Positions 36,052 to 47,096 of a stretch of 64,000 bases of DNA are shown here, piece after piece. Source of the stretch: a bacterium (lineage in GTDB: Bacteria; Zhuqueibacterota; Zhuqueibacteria; Residuimicrobiales; Krinioviventaceae); NCBI GenBank assembly GCA_963693055.1, contig OY843751.1, positions 6,471,008 to 6,535,007 of the forward strand, in the 5' to 3' direction. How positions within the stretch are numbered: the first letter of the stretch is position 1; the number at the start of each line of letters is the position of its first letter. The notes beneath the pieces were generated by a model. The model saw nothing but the letters and a program-made list of their open reading frames with translations, searched no databases and was not told the origin of the DNA. Made by a program: the position numbers and the translations under genes.

Positions 36052-36910
36052 AGCTTTTTATTTTTTTTAGAGCTTTTTCCGTTTTTTCTATACCTTCCGC
36101 AATGAAATAATCTATTTTTTCAAAATCAGACCAATGATACGTACTAACTTTGGGTTGAATCAGTACGTCTGCCTGTTTGATCATCTGATTGTGATAAAGC
36201 ATTGAAGAGATGCTATAACTCCTTAAAACGATATCTATACTGTTATCCAAATCCGGTTTGCTTTCAAGAGAGCCGGACACGTCTACAGCAACAACTTTGG
36301 TGTGAGGGTGAAACTGTTTTGCAATTGAGATGGGAACCGGCGCCGAGTATGCACCATCTACCAGGATTGAATCATCCATTTTTATTGGCGGGAAAAACCC
36401 GGGTATAGAAGCGCTTGAAATTACAGCTTGAATAATGGGGCCGGATTTATGTAACACCATGGAACCTTTGAGTAAATCTGTAGAGATTGCTGTGAAGGGG
36501 ATTTTTGTATCTTCAATATTGCTGTCATCAAGAATGTATTGTACCGGGACTCGTAATTTTTCAGTAGAAAACAGCGAGTTTCTAAAAAGTGCTATATTCA
36601 TTGTGATCTGTTCTTTGATCTGTGAAGATAATTGCTCAAACCAGCCTTCGTGGTCTTTATTGATACCATTATAAGATTTGGTACCTTTGTAGGTTCGGGA
36701 ATCGTCAATCAGATCACGAAATTTTTGTTCTACGGTGTTGATATCCCGAGTTTGAGCATAGGCTGCGCCCACTGCAGCACCCATACTTGTACCTACAATT
36801 TGTTTAATGGGTATTTTTTCTCTTTCCAGCACTCTGAGAACTCCCAAATGGGCCAGTCCTCTTGCACCGCCGCTGCCAAGTACCAGCGAAATGGGTTTTT
36901 TAAATAGCAT
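36038..36910 (-). CDS. Patatin-like phospholipase
   Basis: GSGGARGLAH, GTSMG nucleophile, SASIPG and LVDGA motifs. Confidence 0.92.
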   Translation of the reverse strand: MLFKKPISLVLGSGGARGLAHLGVLRVLEREKIPIKQIVGTSMGAAVGAAYAQTRDINTVEQKFRDLIDDSRTYKGTKSYNGINKDHEGWFEQLSSQIKEQITMNIALFRNSLFSTEKLRVPVQYILDDSNIEDTKIPFTAISTDLLKGSMVLHKSGPIIQAVISSASIPGFFPPIKMDDSILVDGAYSAPVPISIAKQFHPHTKVVAVDVSGSLESKPDLDNSIDIVLRSYSISSMLYHNQMIKQADVLIQPKVSTYHWSDFEKIDYFIAEGIEKTEKALKKIKSFMWF

Positions 36911-36919
36911 TGTTTTCCT

Positions 36920-38599
36920 TTATCTTAACAGGGTAATTCGTATTGTGTGAGAGGTATTGTTGGTTTTGAAATAACAGAAATAACTCCCGGATGCTGCCGG
37001 TTCACCGTTCTCATGAGTACCGTTCCAATAAACGCGTTGATAGTTTCCGGCTGAACGATTTGCATCCCATAGGGTTTTGATTTTCTGGCCCAGTACGTTA
37101 TAAATACTCATATTAACGTGTGTAGTTTGTTCCAGATTGAAAATAATTCTAACCGAATTGTCATTTGCGGGATTAAAGGGATTTGGATAGCAGCCCAACT
37201 GGTTATTATCTGTCAGTACAACGGTTTCACCCCAATAATTCAGTGCTTTTATGGCATTAACTAATCCGTAACCATAGGTATTGTTTGGTTCTGTATTCCT
37301 ATCTGCGGTGTTGATAATAGCTTCCCGAACCTGTTCGGGGGTAAGGTCGGGGTGCGCGCTCAAAATTAACGCTGCTACTCCGGTAACCAGGGGACAGGAA
37401 GCAGAGGTGCCTGAAAAGGATACGTATCCGGAACTCTGCGTACTGGCTGCAACAATACCTTCTCCCAATGCAACAACCTCGGGTTTAATACGCCCATCGG
37501 CAGTGGGGCCGCGAGAGCTGTAAGACGTTATGTTTCCATTTCCAAAGACCGAACCCACACTGATAACATTAAAAGCATCCGCTGGTGCGCTAATGATCTC
37601 CCATGAGATATTGCCTTCATTCCCGGCAGAGGTAACGACTGTAATCCCTTTGCTGACAGCAATGTCAGCGGCAATTGAGATTGGCGCGGTTTTTCCATTC
37701 ATGTCTTCGGGCATATACCAATCCAGATATCCAATACTGGAAGAAATAATATCAGCACCCAGACTGTCTGCCCATTCTGCCGCGGCAATCCAGTGGTCTT
37801 CTTCTACTGGTGCTTCTATTCTTATGTCTTCTGTTTTGGCCAAAAGAAAATCCGCTCCAAAGGCAGTGCCTATCAATGCTCCGGGTTCGTAACCGGCTAT
37901 TACGGATAATGCATAGGTCCCGTGACGGTTCTGGCTGGACACATCCTGATTTTCTTCTTCATTATCCACATTGCTGTCATTGTGAATGAAATCATAACGA
38001 TCCAGAACATGTACGTCCTCTAGCGCGGGATGGGTCAGTCGATAGCCGGTATCAAGAACAGCGATGAGAACCCCTTGTCCTGTAATCCCTTTGTCATGGA
38101 TTTCGGGAATATGCAAATGGTCATTCTGGAAAAGCGAGGGGCCGTAATCGATTGCGGCAGATTTGTTTAATCGGTCTGTTGCTGATATCTCGTTTACAGC
38201 GTTAACCGGATTTTTTTTGCCGCTAAGCACCGGTTGTATTTCTTTGATAAAGTCGTATTGGGAAATCTGATCGATCTGCTCTTTACTCAGATTGGCAGAT
38301 ATAGCATTTAACCATTTTGAACGGGTTTGAATTGATATGTTGAGGGTTGCCAGGCTGTCTAAATATTCCTGGCAGACTGGCAGGTCTGTAAAATCAAATG
38401 CCGGGCCATTGTTGTACATTTTGGCCCGGCGTTTCAAAGCTTTTTGGGTAAAATATTGTTTTCCGTCAAAAGATTTTGTTAATGATTGCGGCCCTTTGTC
38501 AGTAAAGTATATCCAGTTTTTGGTTTGACTACCGGTTTGAGATAACAACAATCCGGGTATAAACAGTAAATAGAATATACATTTTTCAAGGGCGCTCAT
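36920..38599 (-). CDS. Secreted S8 subtilisin-like serine peptidase with a C-terminal FlgD-Ig/T9SS-like domain
   Basis: Triad LDTG / HGT / GTSAS, oxyanion AGNEG, and C-terminal YPNPFNP...IYNVLGQ...WNG...SGSYF. Confidence 0.92.
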   Translation of the reverse strand: MSALEKCIFYLLFIPGLLLSQTGSQTKNWIYFTDKGPQSLTKSFDGKQYFTQKALKRRAKMYNNGPAFDFTDLPVCQEYLDSLATLNISIQTRSKWLNAISANLSKEQIDQISQYDFIKEIQPVLSGKKNPVNAVNEISATDRLNKSAAIDYGPSLFQNDHLHIPEIHDKGITGQGVLIAVLDTGYRLTHPALEDVHVLDRYDFIHNDSNVDNEEENQDVSSQNRHGTYALSVIAGYEPGALIGTAFGADFLLAKTEDIRIEAPVEEDHWIAAAEWADSLGADIISSSIGYLDWYMPEDMNGKTAPISIAADIAVSKGITVVTSAGNEGNISWEIISAPADAFNVISVGSVFGNGNITSYSSRGPTADGRIKPEVVALGEGIVAASTQSSGYVSFSGTSASCPLVTGVAALILSAHPDLTPEQVREAIINTADRNTEPNNTYGYGLVNAIKALNYWGETVVLTDNNQLGCYPNPFNPANDNSVRIIFNLEQTTHVNMSIYNVLGQKIKTLWDANRSAGNYQRVYWNGTHENGEPAASGSYFCYFKTNNTSHTIRITLLR

Positions 38600-38604
38600 G
38601 GTGC

Positions 38605-39342
38605 CTATCGTTTAACCATATATGCGTTTTTGATTACAACATCAACTGTTGGGTACGATTTTTCTCTTGCGCGTGGATTAGCAACACGTGTAGGTACGTT
38701 TGCAATGGCATCCAGCACATCCAAACCGCCTATCACTTTGCCAAATACGGTATATTTACCGTCCAGGGCGCGGGTACCTTCGCGAGAGAGACAGATAAAG
38801 AATTGACTACCGGCTGAATTCGGGTTTTGTGAACGTGCCATAGACAATACACCGGCACCATGTGGAAGATCGTTAAATTCCGCATTCAGGCTGTAACCGG
38901 GATTTCCATAACCATCGTTTTGTGGATTATTATCGCGTGTCAGAATGTCTCCACCCTGAATCACAAATCCGGGAACAATGCGATGGAATTTGGTGCAATT
39001 GTAAAAACCGGATTTGACCAGGCGTTTAAATGCGGTGCAATGCTCAGGCGCAACATCAGTATTGAAAGCCAGGATCATGGTGCCATAATTGGTCTCTAAT
39101 ACCGCAACTTCTTTTTTACCAACCGGTTCTTTGGGAAAGCTTTTCAAGTCATTCATAATGGTTTGTATGTCCTGCTGGGATAACGTGTCGCAGGGAGCAT
39201 CAGAACCGGGATTCTGTTCTTTTGCTTTTTCCAACAGGCTTGCTACCTGTTCATTTGTCAGGGGGGCAAACGGATCAAATTTTTGGCAGGAAATGCCAGC
39301 AATTATGATGAACAAGGCCAATAAAATTACACGAAAACGCAT
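38605..39342 (-). CDS. Cyclophilin-type peptidyl-prolyl isomerase lipoprotein
   Basis: Lipobox GISC. FHRIVPGFVIQGGD, LSMAR, SAGSQFFI and LDGKYTVFGKV motifs. Confidence 0.95.
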   Translation of the reverse strand: MRFRVILLALFIIIAGISCQKFDPFAPLTNEQVASLLEKAKEQNPGSDAPCDTLSQQDIQTIMNDLKSFPKEPVGKKEVAVLETNYGTMILAFNTDVAPEHCTAFKRLVKSGFYNCTKFHRIVPGFVIQGGDILTRDNNPQNDGYGNPGYSLNAEFNDLPHGAGVLSMARSQNPNSAGSQFFICLSREGTRALDGKYTVFGKVIGGLDVLDAIANVPTRVANPRAREKSYPTVDVVIKNAYMVKR

Positions 39343-39488
39343 TCACAATCTCCTCTGTTTATATGAATGGTAAAATTAAAAAAAATACTCTACACTATCA
39401 AGCGTTAAATCATAAATATACTGCGAATGATTCAATACAATTCATTAATGTTTGTTGAAATTGAGCAGGATTTTAATTAACTTTTGTC

Positions 39489-41975
39489 ATGAAAATACCT
39501 GATATTGAAATGCCATTTGCAGAGGTTGTGTTCCCCATACCGGTGCAAAATTCTTATACTTATATTATTCCTGAACGTTTTGCAGATGATGTGGAACCGG
39601 GAGTACGGGTTCTGGCGCCTTTTGGTCCCAGAAAAACCACCGGTTTTGTGGTATCGCGCAAGGCCAGCAGTGATTTCCCCAAACTCAAATCGATTGAAGA
39701 GGTGCTTGATCCTGTACCCTTGTTTACTCCTGAGGTTTTGGGCCTGGCAAAATGGATTGCTGAATATTATGTTTGTGGCTGGGGAGAAGTTTTAAAGGCT
39801 GCATTGCCTGCCGGTATCCATTTAAATTCTGAGCGCATTTTGCGTTTGCTGACGGATGATCCCATCAGACTTGCTGACTCGCTTATGGTACGCTCGCCAC
39901 GTCAGGCAGAGATTGTCAGACGGTTGGGTGGGCAAAATCCCATGTCTTATAACAAGCTGAAAAAGCAAATGTCGGGCGGTTCTTTTTATTCAAGCCTGAA
40001 ACGACTGCGACAGGAAGGCTTTGTGAGGATAGAGCTGGAGCTTTCACGTGCAAGGGTTGACGCCAAATATGAAACCCTGGTCAAGCTTCCCGAAATACTG
40101 ACCCATGACGAAGTTGAAGCCATCATGAAATCCATTGCCGCCAAAGCACCCAAACAAGCTGAATGTTTGCAAGTATTGTTGGACAATCATGACCGTGAAT
40201 TTTCCCGTACCGGTCTGGCCCGGCAAGCCAAAACCACTCCTGCATCCGTTGCTACATTGGTGGAAAAGGGGTTCCTGGAACTGGAAACCCGCGAGGTAAT
40301 CAGAGATTATTATTCCAGTATGAAAATTGATCCACCCAAGGCGATCACACTGAATCCCGACCAGCGGGAATCTCTGGAAGCAATTGCAAAAAAACTGGAT
40401 GAAAAAGTTTATAATACATTTGTATTACACGGGGTAACCGGAAGCGGAAAGACCCAGGTTTACATTGAAGCGATTTATCATGCCCTTCAAAAGGATAAAT
40501 CTGCAATTGTGCTGGTTCCTGAAATTGCACTGACACCACAAATGGTCAGACGGTTCCGTGCGCATTTTAGCGACAAGGTGGCGGTATTCCACAGCCGCAT
40601 GTCTCCGGGTGAGCGTTATGATTCATGGCGGCAAATCTGGGAAGGCAAACATCAGATTGTTATTGGTCCCCGTTCTGCAATCTTTGCTCCGTTAAAAAAC
40701 TTGGGATTAATTATCATAGATGAAGAGCATGAACCTTCATTCAAGCAAAGCGACCTGACACCGCGCTATAATGCCAGAGATGTAGCAGTAGTAAGAGGAC
40801 AACTGCATAAAGCTGTGGTTGTTTTGGGCTCTGCTACACCTTCTATAGAGACTTATTATAACACCCATATAGATAAATTTGAATTGTTGAAAATGCCCCG
40901 GCGTATTGATGATATTCCCATGCCCAAGGTTGAACTTGTTGATATGAAACGGGAACCACGGACCATTGGTAAATCGGGACCTATAATTTTCTCAAGGCCG
41001 CTTCGTAAAAAGATTGATGAAAAGCTGAATCTGGGTGAACAGATTATATTGTTTTTAAACCGCAGAGGGTTTGCACCGGTTTATAAATGTACGGATTGCG
41101 GTTATACCGCAGAGTGCCGGTTTTGTGACATACCCATGACGTTCCACAGCAAGGGGGGACGATTAAAGTGCCACTATTGCGGGTACAATCGTTATGCCCC
41201 TGAAAAATGTCCTGAATGTGGGGGCTCTGAAGTGCTGTTTAGAGGTGTTGGTACCCAGCGTGTAGAAGAAGAACTGCATGAACTGTTTCCCGGTGTAAAA
41301 GCGCTGCGCATGGATCTGGACACTACTCGCGGCAGAATGGCGCATGACAATTTGCTGAAAAAGTTTGGCGATCGTGAATATCAGATCTTGTTGGGAACGC
41401 AAATGGTAGCAAAGGGATTGGATTTCCCAAATGTTACGCTTGTGGGAGTGATCTCTGCTGATACGGAATTGTTTTTACCGGATTTTCGGTCTGCGGAACG
41501 AACGTTTCAGTTGATTACTCAGGTGGCGGGTCGTGCGGGAAGAAAGGAGAAATTGGGTGAAGTGATTGTACAGAGCTTTTCGCCCGAGCATTACAGTCTG
41601 CAGTTTGCCAGATTGCATCATTATGAGAACTTTTTCAAGTCAGAAATCATGGACCGGAAGGGGTTGATTTATCCACCCTTTAGCAGGTTGATCAATATAT
41701 TGTTCAAAGGCGAAAACGAATTTCTTGTACAAAAAGCCGCAGAACAGTTTAGCAAACAGATCCCGGAACATAACAGTTACCAGATGCTGGGCCCCGTACC
41801 CGCTCCCCTGTCTAAAATTCAAAATCAGTATCGCTGGCATATTCTGTTTAAAAGCATAAAACAAAGCGATGCATCGGGAAGATTGTTAAAATCAGCCATT
41901 CGCAAAGCTATGGATCAGTTAAAGAAAAACAAAGTTTCTATATCTATAGATGTTGATCCTGCTTCTATTATGTAA
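39489..41975 (+). CDS. priA: Primosomal protein N' (replication restart helicase)
   Basis: GVTGSGKT, VPEIALTPQ, DEEH, GSATPS, NRRG, Cys-rich Zn region and QVAGRAGR. Confidence 0.97.
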   Translation: MKIPDIEMPFAEVVFPIPVQNSYTYIIPERFADDVEPGVRVLAPFGPRKTTGFVVSRKASSDFPKLKSIEEVLDPVPLFTPEVLGLAKWIAEYYVCGWGEVLKAALPAGIHLNSERILRLLTDDPIRLADSLMVRSPRQAEIVRRLGGQNPMSYNKLKKQMSGGSFYSSLKRLRQEGFVRIELELSRARVDAKYETLVKLPEILTHDEVEAIMKSIAAKAPKQAECLQVLLDNHDREFSRTGLARQAKTTPASVATLVEKGFLELETREVIRDYYSSMKIDPPKAITLNPDQRESLEAIAKKLDEKVYNTFVLHGVTGSGKTQVYIEAIYHALQKDKSAIVLVPEIALTPQMVRRFRAHFSDKVAVFHSRMSPGERYDSWRQIWEGKHQIVIGPRSAIFAPLKNLGLIIIDEEHEPSFKQSDLTPRYNARDVAVVRGQLHKAVVVLGSATPSIETYYNTHIDKFELLKMPRRIDDIPMPKVELVDMKREPRTIGKSGPIIFSRPLRKKIDEKLNLGEQIILFLNRRGFAPVYKCTDCGYTAECRFCDIPMTFHSKGGRLKCHYCGYNRYAPEKCPECGGSEVLFRGVGTQRVEEELHELFPGVKALRMDLDTTRGRMAHDNLLKKFGDREYQILLGTQMVAKGLDFPNVTLVGVISADTELFLPDFRSAERTFQLITQVAGRAGRKEKLGEVIVQSFSPEHYSLQFARLHHYENFFKSEIMDRKGLIYPPFSRLINILFKGENEFLVQKAAEQFSKQIPEHNSYQMLGPVPAPLSKIQNQYRWHILFKSIKQSDASGRLLKSAIRKAMDQLKKNKVSISIDVDPASIM

Positions 41976-41984
41976 AAATTAAAA

Positions 41985-43352
41985 TCAAGGCAGGTTCTTT
42001 TGTTTATAGAGATACATTGCACGTGACCTGCCATACTCTGCATATGCCCGCCACTCGCGCTGCTCATCTTTGGATGAAGCCATTACCTGCACCGTTTCAA
42101 TTTTTTCTGTTAACGCGTTAAGGGTTTCTCTTTCCGTGCGAATGCGTTCAAGTAGTGTATACCGTTGGGTTTGTACTCTATCTTTTTCTTTTATCATGTA
42201 TTCGGGGATATCTCCATCAAGGTTCAAAGACATATCAACAAATTTGCTTTCCAAAAGGAGAATATCCATTTTGATTTTTTCAATCTCTTCTAGCTGATCC
42301 GTTAAAAATATATTTATATTATCAAACGTTCCGGGAAGAACATTTTGCGCGGGCAGGATCTCTATGAGATAATCATAACTTTTTAGAGCTTCTTCAAAAT
42401 AACCCAGTTTCAGATAGCAGCGTCCCAGGAGAAACAGCCCTTGAGGAGTGTCCGGATTTTCCTGATAGTTTGAAATAAAATCTGTCAAATAGATAATGGC
42501 TTCTTTATAATTTTCCATTTTTGTTGCGGCCCAGCCGGCACTAAGCAGAACAGTCGCATAATTGTCATATTCAGAGGATATTTTGTTAAATTCTTTGAGT
42601 GAATGCTGGTAATAGCCCATTTCATAATATAGAAACCCCAAAGTAAGGTGTGCTTCATTTACAATCCTTTGGCGTTCCTGATTATAAACAGGCAGTTTGC
42701 AGATGTTGTGAAAAACGTCAATGGCTTCTCTCACTTTTTCCGCTTTTAACATGGCGAGTCCGCTTGTATATTGTGCAAAGTCAGAGTAGGGATAATTTTC
42801 TCTAACCAAAGCCAGGGTTTCTATAGCTTCATTATACTGCTTGTTGTAATAGTGTGCTAATCCCGCATAATAGTGTACATAATCCAATAATTCAGATTCC
42901 GGTTTACCCTGAACAATAATATTGTAAATGTCGATGGATTCCTGGTATCTGCCCATTTCAAAATGGTTACGTTGAATTCCCGCAAGGGCGTAGGGAAGAT
43001 AGGTACTGGAAACATATTTAGAGATAAAGAATTCGAACATGCGTCGTGATCCTTCAAGCATTTCTGCTTCGTATAAACATTCGCCCAGCATATAAACAAC
43101 ATGATCTATGTCCGAATAATCAGGGTATGTATCCAGAATGAGAATAAGATTTCTTGAGCATTCCCAGTATTGTGTATCGTTAAACATTTTTTTGGATTCA
43201 GAAAATATAGTATCTGCAGATTTTTCCAGTTCACCGGATGTTGGCTGGTTAGTATCTGATAAAGCCAGGGGTGCAGAAATGAATAATAAAGGCAAAGTAA
43301 AGATCAATAGGTTTTGTTTTATATATATACCAATAGACACCAATTTATACAT
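41985..43352 (-). CDS. Tetratricopeptide repeat protein, probably exported
   Basis: Multiple TPR units (e.g. YMLGECLY, YYAGLAHY, FLLGRCYLKLG) and a C-terminal coiled coil. GGAG RBS before the ATG at 43352 (ORF track starts at 43367). Confidence 0.8.
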   Translation of the reverse strand: MYKLVSIGIYIKQNLLIFTLPLLFISAPLALSDTNQPTSGELEKSADTIFSESKKMFNDTQYWECSRNLILILDTYPDYSDIDHVVYMLGECLYEAEMLEGSRRMFEFFISKYVSSTYLPYALAGIQRNHFEMGRYQESIDIYNIIVQGKPESELLDYVHYYAGLAHYYNKQYNEAIETLALVRENYPYSDFAQYTSGLAMLKAEKVREAIDVFHNICKLPVYNQERQRIVNEAHLTLGFLYYEMGYYQHSLKEFNKISSEYDNYATVLLSAGWAATKMENYKEAIIYLTDFISNYQENPDTPQGLFLLGRCYLKLGYFEEALKSYDYLIEILPAQNVLPGTFDNINIFLTDQLEEIEKIKMDILLLESKFVDMSLNLDGDIPEYMIKEKDRVQTQRYTLLERIRTERETLNALTEKIETVQVMASSKDEQREWRAYAEYGRSRAMYLYKQKNLP

Positions 43353-43542
43353 GGTATATCTCTCCAATAAATTAGGTAATATTGTTTGTACGGGGAAAAT
43401 ATTCAGTTAGTGAGGCAAAAGTGGGGCAGCTGTAACACCAATAAATCAAAAGAGTTAAGACCTTGGCCTATTCCCTGTACATTTAATAATCCCATAATTG
43501 CAAGAATTATTCCAACAATAGTAAAAGAAAATGGCCTTTAGG

Positions 43543-44061
43543 TTATTTCAAGGCATTTTTAAGCAGGGTACGAAAGGAGAGAAAGTCATTTTCATAAATT
43601 CCGCTTTTAAAATCAGGAAAGCAGTATTCTCCGGGGATATAGTGGCCTTTTGCATAATGAAGAGTAGTGTCTGCATAAATACCCTGGTTCAGGTAAATCT
43701 TGTGCCCTTTGTACTTTGCAGACGCCAGTACAAACTTGTCATAATCCAGATAACCGGGGTCAAGGTTGATTTTTCGATTATTGTCTACAGCCAGAGCGTC
43801 TTCAATATCGTTACATTGAATTTTTATGTCTGCCAGCCTACCGGGATTAATGAGGATTTGAAAACCACAAAACAGTCTGTAAATGGGTGAGCCCATTTCC
43901 GGATCATAGTAATGGGTACTATCGAAAGGAAAATCTTTTGTCTGGTGGTCAATGGGACCATAATTATCTGTCATTTTTTCACGGGCGCGTTCCCAGAGTT
44001 CCGAATCGCTATACAATACACCTATAATCAGTTTTACCGGATGCGGTTCAATCGGTTTCAC
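43543..44061 (-). CDS. DUF4416 family protein
   Basis: F..THYY..EMG, LADIK, R.INLDPGYL, LASAK..GHKIYL..GIYA and FPD motifs. Confidence 0.85.
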   Translation of the reverse strand: MKPIEPHPVKLIIGVLYSDSELWERAREKMTDNYGPIDHQTKDFPFDSTHYYDPEMGSPIYRLFCGFQILINPGRLADIKIQCNDIEDALAVDNNRKINLDPGYLDYDKFVLASAKYKGHKIYLNQGIYADTTLHYAKGHYIPGEYCFPDFKSGIYENDFLSFRTLLKNALK

Positions 44062-44941
44062 TCAGAAAAGTCCTTTCGTTTTTTTGAAACAGTCCCAAAT
44101 GCTTTTGTTGTTCAACATTCACTTTGATCGCGTACAGTGCTTTTTCCACAAGCTGCGGTTCAATGCCGAATATTTCTTGTACAATTTGATGATAATTGTT
44201 TTTGATGCGCTGCTTTTGCTTACCATCATAATTTGATATTTGCAGCAGATCTTTATGAAGATAGACCAGACCGTTATTACGGATCTTTGTCATACAGATA
44301 CCATGCATTGAACTTTTGTAGAAAGAATCGTACCAGAATTGCAAAAACATGTTGAAAGAAACCGGTTTATTCTGAAAATAGTAACGCCATTTGCTTTGGT
44401 TTCGGTCAAATGTGCAAAGGAAATAATGTTCGTTATTTTGATTGAAAACCAACTCTACACCGGATTGGGGTGTTTTATAGATACGAGGGCGGTCTTTGTT
44501 CAGTTCCATGGGTGTTGTTAACAGATACCCAGGGTCTACAAGGTATTGTTTTTTTTTGAGATTCACAACCAGTGCGCAATGAGCGTTTGGCCGGTTATGC
44601 ATACTGCCAATTACCGGGTAACAATGAAATCCCTGATCCATAAGAATGGATTGCAGGAAAAAGGTAAGGGAGAAACAGGTACCGCCTAAATGATAATGGG
44701 CATGGTCATCCATGACTTCTTCAGGCAGGCGTATACGCTCATTGGAGGTAAAGTCGTTAGAGAGTTTGACAATTTTGCTAATATTTTCATAGGGAAGGGA
44801 AGAAAAGTGCTGCAAGATGGTTTGCAGGTATTCGATTTCGGGTTTGTTTGGTTTTAGATCAAAATATTGAATGAATCGCTTAACAGCGATTCCATGATCA
44901 TCAGGATTAATAGAAATAATTTTATTTTCAGCGTTTTTCAT
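44048..44941 (-). CDS. Arylamine N-acetyltransferase family protein
   Basis: PYENISK and a Cys-His-Asp triad in GGTCF / HCAL / LVDPG. Confidence 0.85.
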   Translation of the reverse strand: MKNAENKIISINPDDHGIAVKRFIQYFDLKPNKPEIEYLQTILQHFSSLPYENISKIVKLSNDFTSNERIRLPEEVMDDHAHYHLGGTCFSLTFFLQSILMDQGFHCYPVIGSMHNRPNAHCALVVNLKKKQYLVDPGYLLTTPMELNKDRPRIYKTPQSGVELVFNQNNEHYFLCTFDRNQSKWRYYFQNKPVSFNMFLQFWYDSFYKSSMHGICMTKIRNNGLVYLHKDLLQISNYDGKQKQRIKNNYHQIVQEIFGIEPQLVEKALYAIKVNVEQQKHLGLFQKNERTFLSETD

Positions 44942-45076
44942 GTAAAATTAACTTTGAAATGATGAAAAATTTGTTTATTTGCTACGGGCATAAATTGTTT
45001 TATTAATCTGTTTAATTTATACTCTGGTAGTATGTAAATATAAATAATTCAAACAAAAAAACAAATAGGAGTCAAA

Positions 45077-46111
45077 ATGAGAACTGTATTGAACGTTGCT
45101 GCATGGATGTTGGTAGTATTTGTTGCAGCAGTATCGGCACAGGTTACCATCGAATCAAAAGCAAGTAGCGCCGGATTTTATGGCATGGGAGGATTCACTT
45201 CAACAAGTAAAGTAATGGTACAGGGAGATGCAAAGCGTTCGGAAACTCGATTGAAATTTTCTGGTGCAATAATGAAACATTTCAGCCCCAAAGGAACCAC
45301 GATTGATATTACCCGCCTTGATAAACAGTTAATGTGGAATTTTAATGATAAAGATAAAAAATATACGGAAACCACTTTTGCGGAAATGAAGGAATTGTTT
45401 GAATCCGGTAAATCCATGTATGACATGCCAGAACAGCAGGAGCAGGAGAATCCTGAGCAGGAAGAAATGGAATCTGAATATGAATGGCAGGAACCTGTTG
45501 TTGAAATAAAAAAAACGGGCGAGACTATAAGCATAAGTGGAATTAAATGTGATCATTATCTGGCAACTATTATGACCATTGGTACACACAAACAAACCGG
45601 AAAATTGGATACTATGTTGTTCAAGGGTAATTTTTGGAACAGTCCTACCACCTCCAGTGAATTACAAAAAGCTGCTGATTTTGAAAAGAGACTTGCCGAA
45701 GCATTGGGATTTGATTTTTCTTCAGATCGCGGTATGGCCCAGTTCATGCAAGCATTTAAAGAACAGGCATCTCAATTGCAGGATTCCATGGGCGAAATGA
45801 AGGGATATCCCCTGAAAATGGATATGGAATATACAGTAACCACCAATGCTTATGCCGCGGAACAAGCTGCCGCTCAGGAGGAAGAAAGCCAGGAAAGCAA
45901 TGACGTAGATGTAACAGATGTTGGTGGTGCGTTGGGTGGATTCTTTGGTAAAAAAATATCCAAAATGGCAGAGAAAAAAGTTGCGCCCAAAGCAGACGGT
46001 GGAAATAAAATGTTGTTTCAATCTTCTTATGAAGTAACCAATATTAAAACCGGTAATATATCTGCAGACAAGTTTGAGGTCCCCTCAAATTATAAATTGC
46101 AGGGTAAATAA
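45077..46111 (+). CDS. Secreted hypothetical protein (DUF4412-like)
   Basis: AGGAG RBS and signal peptide. ITRLDK, KTGET..ISG..C..Y, GYPLK and FEVP.NYK motifs. Confidence 0.6.
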   Translation: MRTVLNVAAWMLVVFVAAVSAQVTIESKASSAGFYGMGGFTSTSKVMVQGDAKRSETRLKFSGAIMKHFSPKGTTIDITRLDKQLMWNFNDKDKKYTETTFAEMKELFESGKSMYDMPEQQEQENPEQEEMESEYEWQEPVVEIKKTGETISISGIKCDHYLATIMTIGTHKQTGKLDTMLFKGNFWNSPTTSSELQKAADFEKRLAEALGFDFSSDRGMAQFMQAFKEQASQLQDSMGEMKGYPLKMDMEYTVTTNAYAAEQAAAQEEESQESNDVDVTDVGGALGGFFGKKISKMAEKKVAPKADGGNKMLFQSSYEVTNIKTGNISADKFEVPSNYKLQGK

Positions 46112-46116
46112 TTTTG

Positions 46117-46150
46117 AAAGCACCTGCCTGTTCAAGACAGGTGCTTTTTT
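46117..46150 (+). terminator. Intrinsic terminator
   Basis: AAAGCACCTGCCT-gttca-AGACAGGTGCTTT followed by a T-run. Confidence 0.8.
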
Positions 46151-46323
46151 GTTTTGCTTTTTTTCATGGGGTTTAGTATTATTAGGTTAAATGAATTGTA
46201 TTAACAAAATAGCAAATTTAAAAACAAAATCAGTAATCCAGTTACTTTATATTAATTGTTTCATCATGTCAACTCTGATAATTAATTTCATATACAATTG
46301 ATTTGGAATCGAAAGACCTCTAG

Positions 46324-46998
46324 ATGTATCGAAAAACTTTTCTCAGTCGATTTACTTTGCTCGGCCCCTGGTTGAGTGCGGCCTTGCTCATGCTGCATTG
46401 CGCGGGTGGTATTCAAATGGTTGAAAAACTGGACCATCTTGTGCCCGTTTCAGAAAAAGTAAAATATTACCAGGGAAAAGATTATAGCGCATACCAAACC
46501 GGTCCGGTCCGTATTTATTTTTCACCCTGGTTGTCAATCGGATTCAGTGGAATTGAAGATGAATCCCGTGATGGATTGATGAATTTTTATCAGTCAAGTC
46601 TGAATGATCTTGCTGTTTATTTTCGCAAGGGATTAGTTGATGGGCAGATGTTTTATGAAAATTATAAAGGTTTCCGAAAATTGGATAGCAAGTGGCAGGG
46701 TAGAGCATCGCAAGCTGCAGCTGGAAATTTAAACTTTAAAGCGCAATATTCTGATGATACTGATTCATACGAAGGCCTGGAATTAAAGATAATCTATTTT
46801 GAAGAAGAAATGGGGCTTGAAAGCGCGCCCTTTATTCGGTTATACAATGTGTGGGTGCAGCTGGACAAGGCAGGGGATGCCTGGGGAGAAATTGATCAGT
46901 ATATGCTATTGATAACGCTGCCAAATGGTGATTCTGATGATTATTTGCTGCGATATGATAGTGCCGAGTTTATGAGCCTCGAGTATAATTTAGAGTAA
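46324..46998 (+). CDS. Hypothetical lipoprotein
   Basis: 224-aa ORF filling the intergenic space, with a hydrophobic N-terminus ending LMLHC. Confidence 0.55.
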   Translation: MYRKTFLSRFTLLGPWLSAALLMLHCAGGIQMVEKLDHLVPVSEKVKYYQGKDYSAYQTGPVRIYFSPWLSIGFSGIEDESRDGLMNFYQSSLNDLAVYFRKGLVDGQMFYENYKGFRKLDSKWQGRASQAAAGNLNFKAQYSDDTDSYEGLELKIIYFEEEMGLESAPFIRLYNVWVQLDKAGDAWGEIDQYMLLITLPNGDSDDYLLRYDSAEFMSLEYNLE

Positions 46999-47028
46999 TT
47001 TGCCAGTTGTTCATATTTGTTTGGGGAT

Positions 47029-47065
47029 AAAAAAATCCGTCCAAAACCGAGGTCTCAGACGGATT
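47029..47065 (-). terminator. Intrinsic terminator of the giant gene
   Basis: Minus strand reads AATCCGTCTGAGACC-tc-GGTTTTGGACGGATT followed by a T-run (stem includes G-U pairs). Confidence 0.7.
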
Positions 47066-47096
47066 GTAATGTCAAATCAAGTATTTTAGATCAGTT

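Noticed and set aside
43388-43480. 10-bp stem (GTACGGGGAA/TTCCCTGTAC) enclosing ~70 nt upstream of the TPR gene, a possible structured RNA
   Set aside because: It matches no riboswitch or ncRNA consensus I recognise and pairs better on the non-coding strand. An Rfam/covariation search would be needed.
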